Shown here in pieces: positions 26,801 to 41,690 of a stretch of 64,000 nt of DNA. Every line of letters begins with the position of its first letter. Within the stretch, counting starts at the first letter, position 1. Both the position numbers and the translations under genes were made by a program. The notes beneath the pieces were generated by a model. The model saw only the letters and a list, made by a program, of their open reading frames with translations, did not search any database and was not told the DNA's origin. Source of the stretch: Euprymna scolopes. Lineage: Eukaryota. The DNA lies in assembly GCA_053919585.1 (NCBI GenBank), contig JBSSHM010000055.1; one strand, 5' to 3'.

Positions 26801-29800
26801 TTTTGTATTATTCCGTTGATTAGTGAATAGTCAGATTATGTATTGATATCGTGTTTTTATTATTCCTTTGAATAGTGAATAGTCCGATTAGGTATTGATA
26901 TCATTGGTGTATTATTCTGTTAAATAGTGAATAGTCAGATTATGTATTGATATCGTTATTGTATTATTCCGTTGAATAGTGAATAGTCAGATTATGTATT
27001 GATATCGTTTTTTTATTAGTCCTTTTAATAGTGAATAGTCAGATTATGTATTGATATCGGTTTTGTAATTTTCCGTCAAATAGTGAATAGTCAGATTATG
27101 TATTGATATCGTTTTTGTATTATTCTGTTGAATAGTGAATAGTCCGATTATGTATTGATATCGTTTTTGTATTATTCCGTTGAATAGTGAATAGTCAGAT
27201 TATATATTGATATCGTTTTTTTATTATTCCGTTGAATAGTGAATAGTCAGATTATGTATTGATATCGTTTTTTTATTATTCCTTTGAATAGTGAATAGTC
27301 CGATTATGTATTGATATCATTGTTGTATTATTCTGTTTAATTGTGAATAGTCATATTATGTATTGATATCGTTTTTGTATTATTCCGTTTAATAGTGAAT
27401 AGTCATATTATGTATTGATATCGTTTTTGTATTATTCTGTTGAATAGTGAATAGTCAGATTATGTATTGATATCGTTTTTGTATTATTCTTTTGAATAGT
27501 AAATAGTCAGATTATGTATTGATATCGTTTTGTATTATTCCGTTTAATAGTGAATAGCAAGATTATGTATTGATATCGTTTTTGTATTATTCTTTTGAAT
27601 AGTTAATAGCAAGATTATGTATTGATATCGTTTTTGTATTATTCTGTTGAAAAGTGAATAGTCAGATTATGTATTGATATCGTTTTTGTATTTTTCTGTT
27701 GAATAGTGAATAGTCAGATTATGTATTAATATCGTTTTTGTATTATTTCGTTGAATAGTGAATTGTAAGATAATGTATTGATATCGTTTTTTTTATTATT
27801 CTGTTGAATAGTGTATAGTCAGATTATGTATTGATATCGTTTTTGTATTATTCCGTTGAATAGTGAATAGTCAGATTATGTATTGATATCGTTTTTGTAT
27901 TTTTCCGTTGAATAGTGAATAGTCAGATTATGTATTGATATCGTTTTTGTATTATTCTGTTGAATAGTGAATAGTCAGATTATGTATTGATATCGTTTTT
28001 GTATTATTCCGTTGAATAGCTAATAGTCAGATTATGTATTGATATCGTTTTTGTATTATTCCGTTGAATAGTGAATAGTCAGATTATGTATTGATATCGT
28101 TTTTGTATTATTCCGTTGAATAGTGAATAGTCAGATTATGTATTGATATCGTTTTTGTATTATTCCGTTGAATAGTGAATAGTCAGATTATGTATTGATA
28201 TCGTTTTTTTATTATTCTGTGGAATAGTGAATAGTCAGATTATGTATTGATATCATTGTTGTATTATTCTGTTGAATAGTGAATAGTCAGATTATGTATT
28301 GATATCGTTTTTGTAGTTTTCCGTTGAATAGTGAATAGTCAGATTATGTATTGATATCGTTTTTGTAATGTTCTGTACAATAGTGAATAGTAAGATTATG
28401 TATTGATATCGTTTTTGTATTATTCTGTTGAATAGTGAATAGTCAGATTATGTATTGATATCGTTTTTGTATTATTCCGTTGAATAGTGAATAGTAAGAT
28501 TATGTATTGATATCGTTTTTGTATTATTCCGTTGAATAGTGAATAGTCAGATTATGTATTGATATCGTTTTTGTATTATTTAGTTTAATAGTGAATAGTC
28601 AGATTATGTATTGATATCGTTTTTGTATTTTTCTGTTGAATAGTGAATAGTCAGATTATGTATTGATATCGTTTTTGTATTATTCCGTTGAATAGTGAAT
28701 AGTCAGATTATGTATTGATATCGTTTTTGTATTATTCCGTTGAATAGTGAATAGTCAGATTATGTATTGATATCGTTTTTATATTATTCCGTTGAATAGT
28801 GAATAGTCAGATTATGTATTGATATCGTTTTTGTATTATTCCGTTGAATAGTGAATAGTAAGATTATGTATTGATATCGTTTTTGTATTATTCTGTTGAA
28901 TAGTGAATAGTCAGATTATGTATTGATATCGTTTTTGTATTATTCTGTTGAATAGTGAATAGTCAGATTATGTATTGATATCGTTTTTGTATTATTCCGT
29001 TGAATAGTGATATGTCAGATTATGTATTGATATCGTTTTTGTATTATTCTGTTGAAAAGTGAATAGTCAGATTATGTATTGATATCGTTTTTGTATTATT
29101 CCGTTGAATAGTGAATAGTCAGATTATGTATTGATATCGTTTTTGTATTATTCCGTTGAATAGTGAATAGTAAGATTATGTATTGATAACGTTTTTGTAT
29201 TATTCTGTTGAATAGTGAATAGTCAGATTATGTATTGATATCGTTTTTGTATTATTCTGTTGAATACTGAATAGTCAGATTATGTATTGATATCGTTTTT
29301 GTATTATTTCGTTGAATAGTGAATAGTCAGATTATGTATTGATATCGTTTTTGTATTATTCTGTTGAAAAGTGAATAGTCAAATTATGTATTGATATCGT
29401 TTTTGTATTATTCCGTTGAATAGTGAATAGTCAGATTATGTATTGATATCGTTTTTGTATTATTCCGTTGAATAGTGAATAGTAAGATTATGTATTGATA
29501 ACGTTTTTGTATTATTCTGTTGAATAGTGAATAGTCAGATTATGTATTGATATCGTTTTTGTATTATTCTGTTGAATAGTGAATAGTCAGATTATGTATT
29601 GATTTCGTTTTTGTATTATTCCGTTGAATAGTGAATAGTCAGATTATGTATTGATATCGTTTTTGTATTATTCTGTTGAATAGTGTATAGTCAGATTATG
29701 TATTGATATCGTTTTTGTATTATTCTGTTGAATAGTGAATAGTCAGATTATGTATTGATATCGTTTTTGTATTATTCCGTTGAATAGTGAATAGTCAGAT

Positions 29801-32800
29801 TATGTATTGATATCGTTTTTGTATTATTCTGTTTTATAGTGAATAGTCAGATTATGTATTGATATTGTTTTTGTATTATTCTGTTGAATAGTGAATAGTC
29901 AGATTATGTATTGATATCGTTTTTGTATTATTCCGTTGAATAGTGAATAGTCAGATTATGTATTGATATCGTTTTTGTATTATTCCTTTGAATAGTGAAT
30001 AGTCAGATTATGTAGTGATATCGTTTTTGTATTATTCTGTTGAATAGTGAATAGTCAGATTATGTATTGATATTGTTTTTGTATTATTCTGTTGAATAGT
30101 GAATAATCCGATTATGTATTGATATCATTGTTGTATTATTCTGTTGAATAGTGAATAGTCAGATTATGTATTGATATCGTTTTTGTATTATTCTGTTGAA
30201 TAGTGAATAGTCAAATTATGTATTGATATCGTTTTTGTATTATTCTGTTGAATAGTGAATAGTCCGATTATGTATTGATATCATTGTTGTATTATTCTGT
30301 TGAATAGTGAATAGTCAGATTATGTATTGATATCGTTTTTGTATTATTCTGTTGAATAGTGAATAGTCAGATTATGTATTGATATCGTTTTTGTATTATT
30401 CCGTTGAATAGTGAATAGTCAGATTATGTATTGATATCGTTTTTGTATTATTCCGTTGAATAGTGAATAGTCAGATTATATATTGATATCGTTTTTTTAT
30501 TATTCCGTTGAATAGTGGATAGTAAGATTATGTATTGATATCGTTTTTGTATTATTCTGTTGAATAGTGAATAGTCCGATTATGTATGGATATCGTTTTT
30601 GTATTATTCTGTTGAATAGTGAATAGTCAGATTATGTATTGATATCGTTTTTGTATTATTCCGTTGAATAGTGAATAGTCAGATTATGTATTGATATCGT
30701 TTTTGTATTATTCTGTTAAATAGTGAATAGTCAGATTATGTATTGATATCGTTTTTGTATTATTCTGTTGAATAGTGAATAGTCAGATTATGTATTGATA
30801 TCGTTTTTGTATTATTTAGTTGAATAGTGAATAGTCAGATTATGTATTGATATCGTTTTTGTATTATTTAGTTGAATAGTGAATAGTCAGATTATGTATG
30901 GATATCGTTTTTGTATTATTCTGTTGAATAGTGAATAGTCAGATTATGTATTGATATCGTTTTTGTATTATTCTGTTGAATAGTGAATAGTCAGATTATG
31001 TATTGATATCGTTTTTGTATTATTCTGTTGAATAGTGAATAGTCAGATTATGTATTGATATCGTTTTTGTATTATTCCGTTGAATAGTGAATAGTCAGAT
31101 TATGTATTGATATCGTTTTTGTATTATTCCGTTGAATAGTGAATAGTCAGATTATGTATTGATATCGTTTTTGTATTATTCTGTTAAATAGTGAATAGTC
31201 AGATTATGTATTGATATCGTTTTTGTATTATTCTGTTGAATAGTGAATAGTCAGATTATGTATTGATATCGTTTTTGTATTATTTAGTTGAATAGTGAAT
31301 AGTCAGATTATGTATTGATATCGTTTTTGTATTTTTCTGTTGAATAGTGAATAGTCAGATTATGTATTGATATCGTTTTTGTATTATTTAGTTGAATAGT
31401 GAATAGTCAGATTATGTATGGATATCGTTTTTGTATTATTCTGTTGAATAGTGAATAGTCAGATTATGTATTGATATCGTTTTTGTATTATTCTGTTGAA
31501 TAGTGAATAGTCAGATTATGTATTGATATCGTTTTTGTATTTTTCTGTTGAATAGTGAATAGTCAGATTATGTATTGATATCGTTTTTGTATTATTTAGT
31601 TGAATAGTGAATAGTAAGATTATGTATTGATATCGTTTTTGTATTATTTTGTTGAATAGTGAATAGTCAGATTATGTATTGATATCGTTTTTGAATTATT
31701 CTGTTGAATAGTGAATAGTCAGATTATGTATTGATATCGTTTTTGTATTATTCTGTTGAATAGTGAATAGTCAGATTATGTATTGATATCGTTTTTGTAT
31801 TATTCTGTTGAATAGTGAATAGTCAGATTATGTATTGATATCGTTTTTGTATTATTCCGTTGAATAGTGAATAGTAAGATTATGTATTGATATCGTTTTT
31901 GTATTATTCTGTTGAATAGTGAATAGTCAGATTATGTATTGATATCGTTTTTTATTATTCCGTTGAATAGTGAATAGTCAGATTATGTATTGATATCGTT
32001 TTTGTATTATTCCGTTGACTAGTGAATAGTCAGATTATGTATTGATATCGTTTTTGTATTATTTCGTTGAATAGTGAATAGTCAGATTATGTATTGATAT
32101 CGTTTTTGTATTATTCCGTTGAATAGTGAATAGTCAGATTATGTATTGATATCGTTTTTGTATTATTCCGTTGAATAGTGAATAGTCAGATTATGTATTG
32201 ATATCGTTTTTGTATTATTCTGTTGAATAGTGAATAGTCAGATTATGTATTGATATCGTTTTTGTATTATTCCGTTGAATAGTGAATAGTCAGATTATGT
32301 ATTGATATCGTTTTTGTATTATTCTGTTTTATAGTGAATAGTCAGATTATGTATTGATATCGTTTTTGTATTATTCTGTTGAATAGTGAATAGTCAGATT
32401 ATGTATTGATATCGTTTTTGTATTATTCTGTTGAATAGTGAATAGTCAGATTATGTATTGATATCTTTTTTTTTTATTATTCTGTTGAATAGTGAATAGT
32501 CAGATTATGTATTGATATCGTTTTTGTATTATTCTGTTGAATAGTGAATAGTCAGATTATGTATTGATATCGTTTTTTTATTATTCTGTTGAATAGTGAA
32601 TAGTCAGATTATGTATTGATATTGTTTTTTTATTATTCTGTTGAATAGTGAATAGTCAGATTATGTATTGATATCATTGTTGTATTATTCTGTTGAATAG
32701 TGAATAGTCAGATTATGTATTGATATCGTTTTTGTATTATTCTGTTGAATAGTGAATAGTCAGATTATGTATTGATATCGTTTTTGTATTATTCTGTTGA

Positions 32801-35800
32801 ATAGTGAATAGTCAGATTATGTATGGATATCGTTTTTGTATTATTCTGTTGAATAGTGAATAGTCAGATTATTTATTGATATCGTTTTTGTCATATTCCG
32901 TTGAATAGTGAATAGTAAGATTATGTATTGATATCGTTTTTGTATTATTCTGTTGAATAGTGAATAGTCAGATTATGTATGGATATCGTTTTTGTATTAT
33001 TCTGTTGAATAGTGAATAGTCAGATTATGTATTGATATCGTTTTTGTATTATTCCGTTGAATAGTGAATAGTCAGATTATGTATTGATATCATTGTTGTA
33101 TTATTCTGTTGAATAGTGAATAGTCAGATTATGTATTGATATCGTTTTTGTATTATTCCGTTGAATAGTGAATAGTCAGATTATTTATTGATATCGTTTT
33201 TGTATTATTCTGTTGAATAGTGAATAGTCAGATTATGTATTGATATCGTTTTTGTATTATTCTGTTGAATATTGAATAGTCAGATTATGTATTGATATCG
33301 TTTTTGTATTATTCTGTTGAATAGTGAATAGTCAGATTATGTATGGATATCGTTTTTGTATTATTCTGTTGAATAGTGAATAGTCAGATTATGTATTGAT
33401 ATCGTTTTTGTCATATTCCGTTGAATAGTGAATAGTAAGATTATGTATTGATATCGTTTTTGTATTATTCTGTTGAATAGTGAATAGTCAGATTATGTAT
33501 GGATATCGTTTTTGTATTATTCTGTTGAATAGTGAATAGTCAGATTATGTATTAATATCGTTTTTGTATTATTCCGTTGAATAGTGAATAGTCAGATTAT
33601 GTATTGATATCGTTTTTGTATTATTCCGTTGAATAGTGAATAGTCAGATTATGTATTGATATCGTTTTTGTATTATTCCGTTGAATAGTGAATAGTAAGA
33701 TTATGTATTGATATCGTTTTTGTATTATTTAGTTGAATAGTGAATAGTCAGATTATGTATTGATATCGTTTTTGTATTATTCTGTTGAATAGTGAATAGT
33801 CAGATTATGTATTGATATCGTTTTTGTATTATTCTGTTGAATAGTGAATAGTCAGATTATGTATTGATATCGTTTTTGTCATATTCCGTTGAATAGTGAA
33901 TAGTCAGATTATGTATTGATATCGTTTTTGTATTATTCTGTTTAATAGTGAATAGTCAGATTATGTATTGATATTGTTTTTGTATTATTCCGTGGAATAG
34001 TGAATAGTCGGATTATGTATTGATATCTTTTTTGTATTATTCTGTTGAATAGTAAATAGTAAGATTATGTATTGATATCGTTTTTGTATTTTTCTGTTTA
34101 ATAGTGAATAGTCAGATTATGTATTGATATTGTTTTTGTATTATTCTGTTGAATAGTGAATAGTCAGATTATGTATTGATATCGTTTTTGTATTATTCCG
34201 ATGAATAGTGAATAGTCAGATTATGTATTGATATTGTTTTTGTATTATTCTGTTGAATAGTGAATAGTCAGATTATGTATTGATATTGTTTTTGTATTAT
34301 TCTGTTTAATAGTGAATAATCCGATTATGTATTGATATCATTGTTGTATTATTCTGTTGAATAGTGAATAGTCAGATTATGTATTGATATCGTTTTTGTA
34401 TTATTCTGTTGAATGGTGAATAGTCAAATTATGTATTGATTTCGTTTTTGTATTATTCTGTTGAATAGTGAATAGTCAGATTATGTATTGATATAATTGT
34501 TGTATTATTCTGTTGAATAGTTAATAGTAAGATTATGTATTGATATCGTTTTTGTATTATTCTGTTGAATAGTGAATAGTCAGATTATGTATTGATATCG
34601 TTTTTGTATTATTCCGTTGAATAGTAATTAGTCAGATTATGTATTGATATCGTTTTTGTATTATTCTGTTGAATAGTGAATAGTCAGATTATGTATTGAT
34701 ATCGTTTTTGTATTATTCCTTTGAATAGTGAATAGTAAGATTATGTATTGATATCGTTTTTGTATTATTCTGTTGAATAGTGAATAGTCAGATTATGTAT
34801 TGATATCGTTTTTGTATTATTCAGTTGAATAGTGAATAGTAAGATTATGTATTGATATCGTTTTTGTATTATTCCGTTGAATAGTGAATAGTCAGATTAT
34901 GTATTGATATCGTTTTTGTATTATTCTGTTGAATAGTGAATAGTCCGATTATGTATTCATATCGGTTTTGTATTAATCTGTTGAATAGTGAATAGTCCGA
35001 TTATGTATTGATATCGTTTTTGTATTATTCTGTTGAATAGTGAATAGTCAGATTATGTATTGATATCGTATTTGTATTATTCCGTTGAATAGTGAATAGT
35101 CAGATTATGTATTGATATCGTTTTTGTATTATTCTGTTGAATATTGAATAGTCAGATTATGTATTGATACTGTTTTTGTATTATTCCGTTGAATAGTGAA
35201 TAGTCAGATTATGTGTTGATATCGTTTTTGTATTATTCCGTTGAATAGTGAATAGTAAGATTATGTATTGATATCGTTTTTGTATTATTCCGTTGAATAG
35301 TGAATAGTCAGATTATGTATTAATATCGTTTTTGTATTATTCTGTTGAATAGTGAATAGTCAGATTATGTATTGATACTGTTTTTTGTATTATTCCGTTG
35401 AATAGTGAATAGTCAGATTATGTGTTGATATCGTTTTTGTATTATTCTGTTGAAAAGTGAATAGTAAGATTATGTATTGATATCGTTTTTGTATTATTCT
35501 GTTGAATAGTGAATAGTCAGATTATGTATTGATATCGTTTTTGTATTATTCTGTTGAATAGTGAATAGCAGGATTATGTATTAATATCGTTTTTGTATTA
35601 TTCTGTTGAATAGTGAATAGTCAGATTATGTATTGATATCGTTTTTGTATTATTCCGTTGAATAGTGAATTGTCAGATTATGTATTGATATTGTTTTTGT
35701 ATTATTCTGTTGAATAGTGAATAGTCAGATTATGTATTGATATCGTTTTTGTATTATTCTGTTGAATAGTGAATAGTAAGATTATGTATTGATATCGTTT

Positions 35801-36999
35801 GTGTATTTTTCTGTTGAATAGTGAATAGTCAGATTATTTGTTTATTTCGTTTTTGTATTATTCTGTTGAATAGTGAATAGTCAGATTATGTATTGATATC
35901 GTTTTTGTATTATTCTGTTGAATAGTGAATAGTAAGATTATGTATTGATATCGTTTGTGTATTTTTCTGTTGAATAGTGAATAGTCAGATTATTTATTGA
36001 TATCGTTTGTGTATTTTTCTGTTGAATAGTGAATAGTCAGATTATGTATTGATATCGTTTTTGTATTATTCCTTTGAATAGTGAATAGTACGATTATGTA
36101 TTGATATCGTTTTTGTATTATTCTGTTGAATAGTGAATAGTCAGATTATGTATTGATATCGTTTTCTTATTATTCTGTTGAATAGTGAATAGTCAGATTA
36201 TGTATTGATATCGTTTTTGTATTATTCTGTTGAATAGTGAATAGTCAGATTATGTATTGATATCGTTTTTGTATTTTTCTGTTGATTAGTGAATAGTCAG
36301 ATTATGTATTGATATCGTTTTTGTATTATTCTGTTGAATAGTGAATAGTCAGATTATGTATTGATATCGTTTTTGTATTATTCCGTTGAATAGTGAATAG
36401 TCAGATTATGTATTGATATCATTGTTGTATTATTCTGTTGAATAGTGAATAGTCAGATTATGTATTGATATCGTTTTTGTATTATTCCGTGTGAATAGTG
36501 AATAGTCAGATTATGTATTGATATCGTTTTTGTATTATTCCGTTGAATAGTGAATAGTCAGATTATGTATTGAAATCGTTTTTGTATTATTCCGTGTGAA
36601 TAGTGAATAGTCCGATTATGTATTGATATCGTTTGTGTATTATTCCGTTGAATAGTGAATAGTCAGATTATGTATTGATATCGTTTTTTTATTATTCCTT
36701 TGAATAGTGAATAGTCAGATTATGTATTGATATCGTTTTTGTATTATTCTGTTGAATAGTGAATAGTCAGATTATGTATTGATATCGTTTTTGTATTATT
36801 CCGTTGAATAGTGAATAGTCAGATTATGTATTGATATCGTTTTTGTATTATTCTGTTGAATAGTGAATAGTCAGATTATGTATTGACATCGTTTTTTATT
36901 ATTCGTTTGAATAGTGAATAGTCAGATTATGTATTGATATCGTTTTTGTATTATTCTGTTGAATAGTGAATAGTCAGATTATGTATTGATATCGCTTTT

Positions 37000-39900
37000 G
37001 TATTTTTCTGTTGAATAGTGAATAGTCAGATTATGTATTGATATCGTTTTTGTATTATTCCTTTGAATAGTAGATAGTCAGATTATTTATTGATATCGTT
37101 TTTGTATTATTCCTTTGAATAGTGAATAGCAAGATTATTCATTGATATCGTATTTGTATTATTCTGTTGAATAGTGAATAGTAAGATTATATATTGATAT
37201 CGTTTTTGTATTATTCCGTTGAATAGTGAATAGTCAGATTATGTATTGATATCGGTTTTGTATTTTTCTGTTGAATAGTGAATAGTAAGATTATATATAG
37301 ATATTGTTTTTGTATCATTCTGTTGATTAGTGAATAGTCAGATTATGTATTAATATTGTTTTTGAAATATTTCGTTGAATAGTGAATAGTCAGATTATGT
37401 ATTGATATCGTTTTTGTATTTTTCTGTTGAATAGTGAATAGTAAGATTATGTATTGATATCGTTTTTGTAATATTCTGTTGAATAGTGAATAGTCAGATT
37501 ATGTATTGATATCGTTTTTGTATTATTCTGTTTAATAGTGAATAGTCAGATTATGTATTAATATCGTTTTTGTATTATTCTGTTGAATAGTGAATAGTCA
37601 GATTATGTATTGATATCGTTTTTGTATTATTCCGTTGAATAATGAATAGTCAGATTATGTATTGATATCGTTTTAGTATTATTCCTTTGAATAGTGAATA
37701 GTCCGATTATGTATTGATATCATTGTTGTGTTATTCTGTTGAATAGTGAATAGTCAGATTATGTATTGATATCGTTTTTGTATTATTTTGTTGAATAGTG
37801 AATAGTAAGATTATGTATTGATATCATTGTTGTATTATTCCGTTGAATAGTGAATAGTAAGATTATGTATTGATATCGTTTTTGTATTATTCTGTTGAAT
37901 AGTGAAGAGTCAGATTATGTATTGATATCGTTTTTGTATTAATCCTTTGAATAGTGAATAGTAAGATTATGTATTGATATCATTGTTGTATTATTCCGTT
38001 GAATAGTGAATAGTCAGATTATGTATTTATATCGTTTTTGTATTATTCTGTTGAATAGTGAATAGTCCGATTATGTATTGATATCATTGTTGTATTATTC
38101 TGTTGTATAGTGAATAGTCAGATTATGTATTGATATCGTTTTTGTATTATTCTGTTGAATAGTGAATAGTCAGATTATGTATTGATATCGTTTGTGTATT
38201 ATTCTGTTGAATAGTGAATAGTCAGATTATGTATTGATATCGTTTTTGTATTTTTCTGTTGAATAGTGAATAGTCCGATTATGTATTGATATCGTTTTTG
38301 TATTATTCCTTTGGAAAGTGAATAGTAAGATTATGTATTGATATCGTTTTTGTATTATTCTGTTGAATAGTGAATAGTAAGATTATGTATTGATATCGTT
38401 TTTGTATTATTCCGTTGAATAGTGAATAGTCAGATTATGTATTGATATCGTTTTTGTATTATTCTGTTGAATAGTTAATAGTCAGATTGTGTATTGATAT
38501 CATTGTTGTATTATTCTGTTGAATAGTGAATAGTCAGATTGTGTATTGATATCGTTTTTGTATTATTCCGTTGAATAGTGAATAGTCAGATTATGTATTG
38601 ATATCGTTTTTGTATTTTTCTGTTGAATAGTGAATAGTAAGATTATGTATTGATATCGTTTTTGTATTATTTCGTTGAATAGTAATTAGTCCGATTATTT
38701 ATTGATATCGTTTTTGTATTATTCCGTTGAATAGTGAATAGTAAGATTATGTATTGATATTTTTTTTGTTTATGCCTTTTAATAGTGAATAGTCAGATTA
38801 TGTATTGATATCGTTTTTATATTATTCCGTTGAATAGTGAATAGTCAGATTATGTATTGATATCGTTTTTGTATTTTTCTGTTGAATAGTGAATAGTAAG
38901 ATTATGTATTGATATCGTTTTTGTATTATTCCTTTGAATAGTAGATAGTCAGATTATTTATTGATATCGTTTTTGTATTATTCCTTTGAATAGTGAATAG
39001 CAAGATTATTCATTGATATCGTATTTGTATTATTCTGTTGAATAGTGAATAGTAAGATTATATATTGATATCGTTTTTGTATTATTCCGTTGAATAGTGA
39101 ATAGTCAGATTATGTATTGATATCGGTTTTGTATTTTTCTGTTGAATAGTGAATAGTCAGATTATGTATTGATATCGTTTTTTTATTATTCGTTTGAATA
39201 GTGAATAGTCAGATTATGTATTGATATCGGTTTTGTATTTTTCTGTTGAATAGTGAATAGTAAGATTATATATAGATATTGTTTTTGTATCATTCTGTTG
39301 ATTAGTGAATAGTCAGATTATGTATTAATATTGTTTTTGAAATATTTCGTTGAATAGTGAATAGTCAGATTATGTATTGATATCGTTTTTGTATTTTTCT
39401 GTTGAATAGTGAATAGTAAGATTATGTATTGATATCGTTTTTGTAATATTCTGTTGAATAGTGAATAGTCAGATTATGTATTGATATCGTTTTTGTATTA
39501 TTCTGTTTAATAGTGAATAGTCAGATTATGTATTAATATCGTTTTTGTATTATTCTGTTGAATAGTGAATAGTCAGATTATGTATTGATATCGTTTTTGT
39601 ATTATTCCGTTGAATAATGAATAGTCAGATTATGTATTGATATCGTTTTAGTATTATTCCTTTGAATAGTGAATAGTCCGATTATGTATTGATATCATTG
39701 TTGTGTTATTCTGTTGAATAGTGAATAGTCAGATTATGTATTGATATCGTTTTTGTATTATTCTGTTGAATAGTGAATAGTAAGATTATGTATTGATATC
39801 ATTGTTGTATTATTCCGTTGAATAGTGAATAGTAAGATTATGTATTGATATCGTTTTTGTATTATTCTGTTGAATAGTGAAGAGTCAGATTATGTATTGA

Positions 39901-40900
39901 TATCGTTTTTGTATTAATCCTTTGAATAGTGAATAGTAAGATTATGTATTGATATCATTGTTGTATTATTCCGTTGAATAGTGAATAGTCAGATTATGTA
40001 TTTATATCGTTTTTGTATTATTCTGTTGAATAGTGAATAGTCCGATTATGTATTGATATCATTGTTGTATTATTCTGTTGTATAGTGAATAGTCAGATTA
40101 TGTATTGATATCGTTTTTGTATTATTCTGTTGAATAGTGAATAGTCAGATTATGTATTGATATCGTTTGTGTATTATTCTGTTGAATAGTGAATAGTCAG
40201 ATTATGTATTGATATCGTTTTTGTATTTTTCTGTTGAATAGTGAATAGTCCGATTATGTATTGATATCGTTTTTGTATTATTCCTTTGGAAAGTGAATAG
40301 TAAGATTATGTATTGATATCGTTTTTGTATTATTCTGTTGAATAGTGAATAGTAAGATTATGTATTGATATCGTTTTTGTATTATTCCGTTGAATAGTGA
40401 ATAGTCAGATTATGTATTGATATCGTTTTTGTATTATTCTGTTGAATAGTTAATAGTCAGATTGTGTATTGATATCATTGTTGTATTATTCTGTTGAATA
40501 GTGAATAGTCAGATTGTGTATTGATATCGTTTTTGTATTATTCCGTTGAATAGTGAATAGTCAGATTATGTATTGATATCGTTTTTGTATTTTTCTGTTG
40601 AATAGTGAATAGTAAGATTATGTATTGATATCGTTTTTGTATTATTTCGTTGAATAGTAATTAGTCCGATTATTTATTGATATCGTTTTTGTATTATTCC
40701 GTTGAATAGTGAATAGTAAGATTATGTATTGATATTTTTTTTGTTTATGCCTTTTAATAGTGAATAGTCAGATTATGTATTGATATCGTTTTTATATTAT
40801 TCCGTTGAATAGTGAATAGTCAGATTATGTATTGATATCGTTTTTGTATTTTTCTGTTGAATAGTGAATAGTAAGATTATGTATTGATATCGTTTTTGTA
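37000..40900. repeat. 36/38-monomer tandem duplication
   Basis: tagatagtc is at 37071/38942 (offset 1,871 = 36x52-1). ggaaag is at 38313/40288 and tatgcc at 38771/40746 (offset 1,975, two extra monomers in copy 2). Confidence 0.92.
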
Positions 40901-40919
40901 TTATTCCGTTGAATAGTGA

Positions 40920-41690
40920 ATAGTCAGATTATGTATTGATATCGTTTTTGTATAATTCCGTTGAATAGTGAATAGTCAGATTATGTATTGATATCGTTTG
41001 TGTATTTTTCTGTTGAATAGTGAATAGTCAGATTATGTATTGATATCGTTTTTGTATAATTCCGTTGAATAGCTAATAGAAGGATTATGTATTGATATCG
41101 TTTTTGTATTATTCCTTTGAATAGTGAATGGTCAGATTATGTATTGATATCGTTTTTGTATTATTCCGTTGAATAATGAATAGTCAGATTATGTATTGAT
41201 ATCGTTTATGTATTTTTCTGTTGAATAGTGAATAGTCAGATTATGTATTGATATCGTTTTTGTATTATTCCTTTGAATAGTGAATAGTCAGATTATGTAT
41301 TGATATCGTTTTTGTATAATTCCGTTGAATAGTGAATAGTCAGATTATGTATTGATATCGTTTGTGTATTTTTCTGTTGAATAGTGAATAGTCAGATTAT
41401 GTATTGATATCGTTTTTGTATAATTCCGTTGAATAGCTAATAGAAGGATTATGTATTGATATCGTTTTTGTATTATTCCTTTGAATAGTGAATGGTCAGA
41501 TTATGTATTGATATCGTTTTTGTATTATTCCGTTAAATATTGAATAGTCAGATTATGTATTGATATCGTTTATGTATTTTTCTGTTGAATAGTGAATAGT
41601 CAGATTATGTATTGATATCGTTTTTGTATTATTCCTTTGAATAGTGAATAGTCAGATTATGTATTGATATCGTTTTTGTATTATTCCTTT
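40920..41690. repeat. 7-monomer (364-bp) tandem duplication
   Basis: agctaatagaagg is at 41071 and 41435. The neighbouring variants tataattccg, tttgtg, gaatggtcag and tttatgtatttt are also repeated. Confidence 0.9.
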
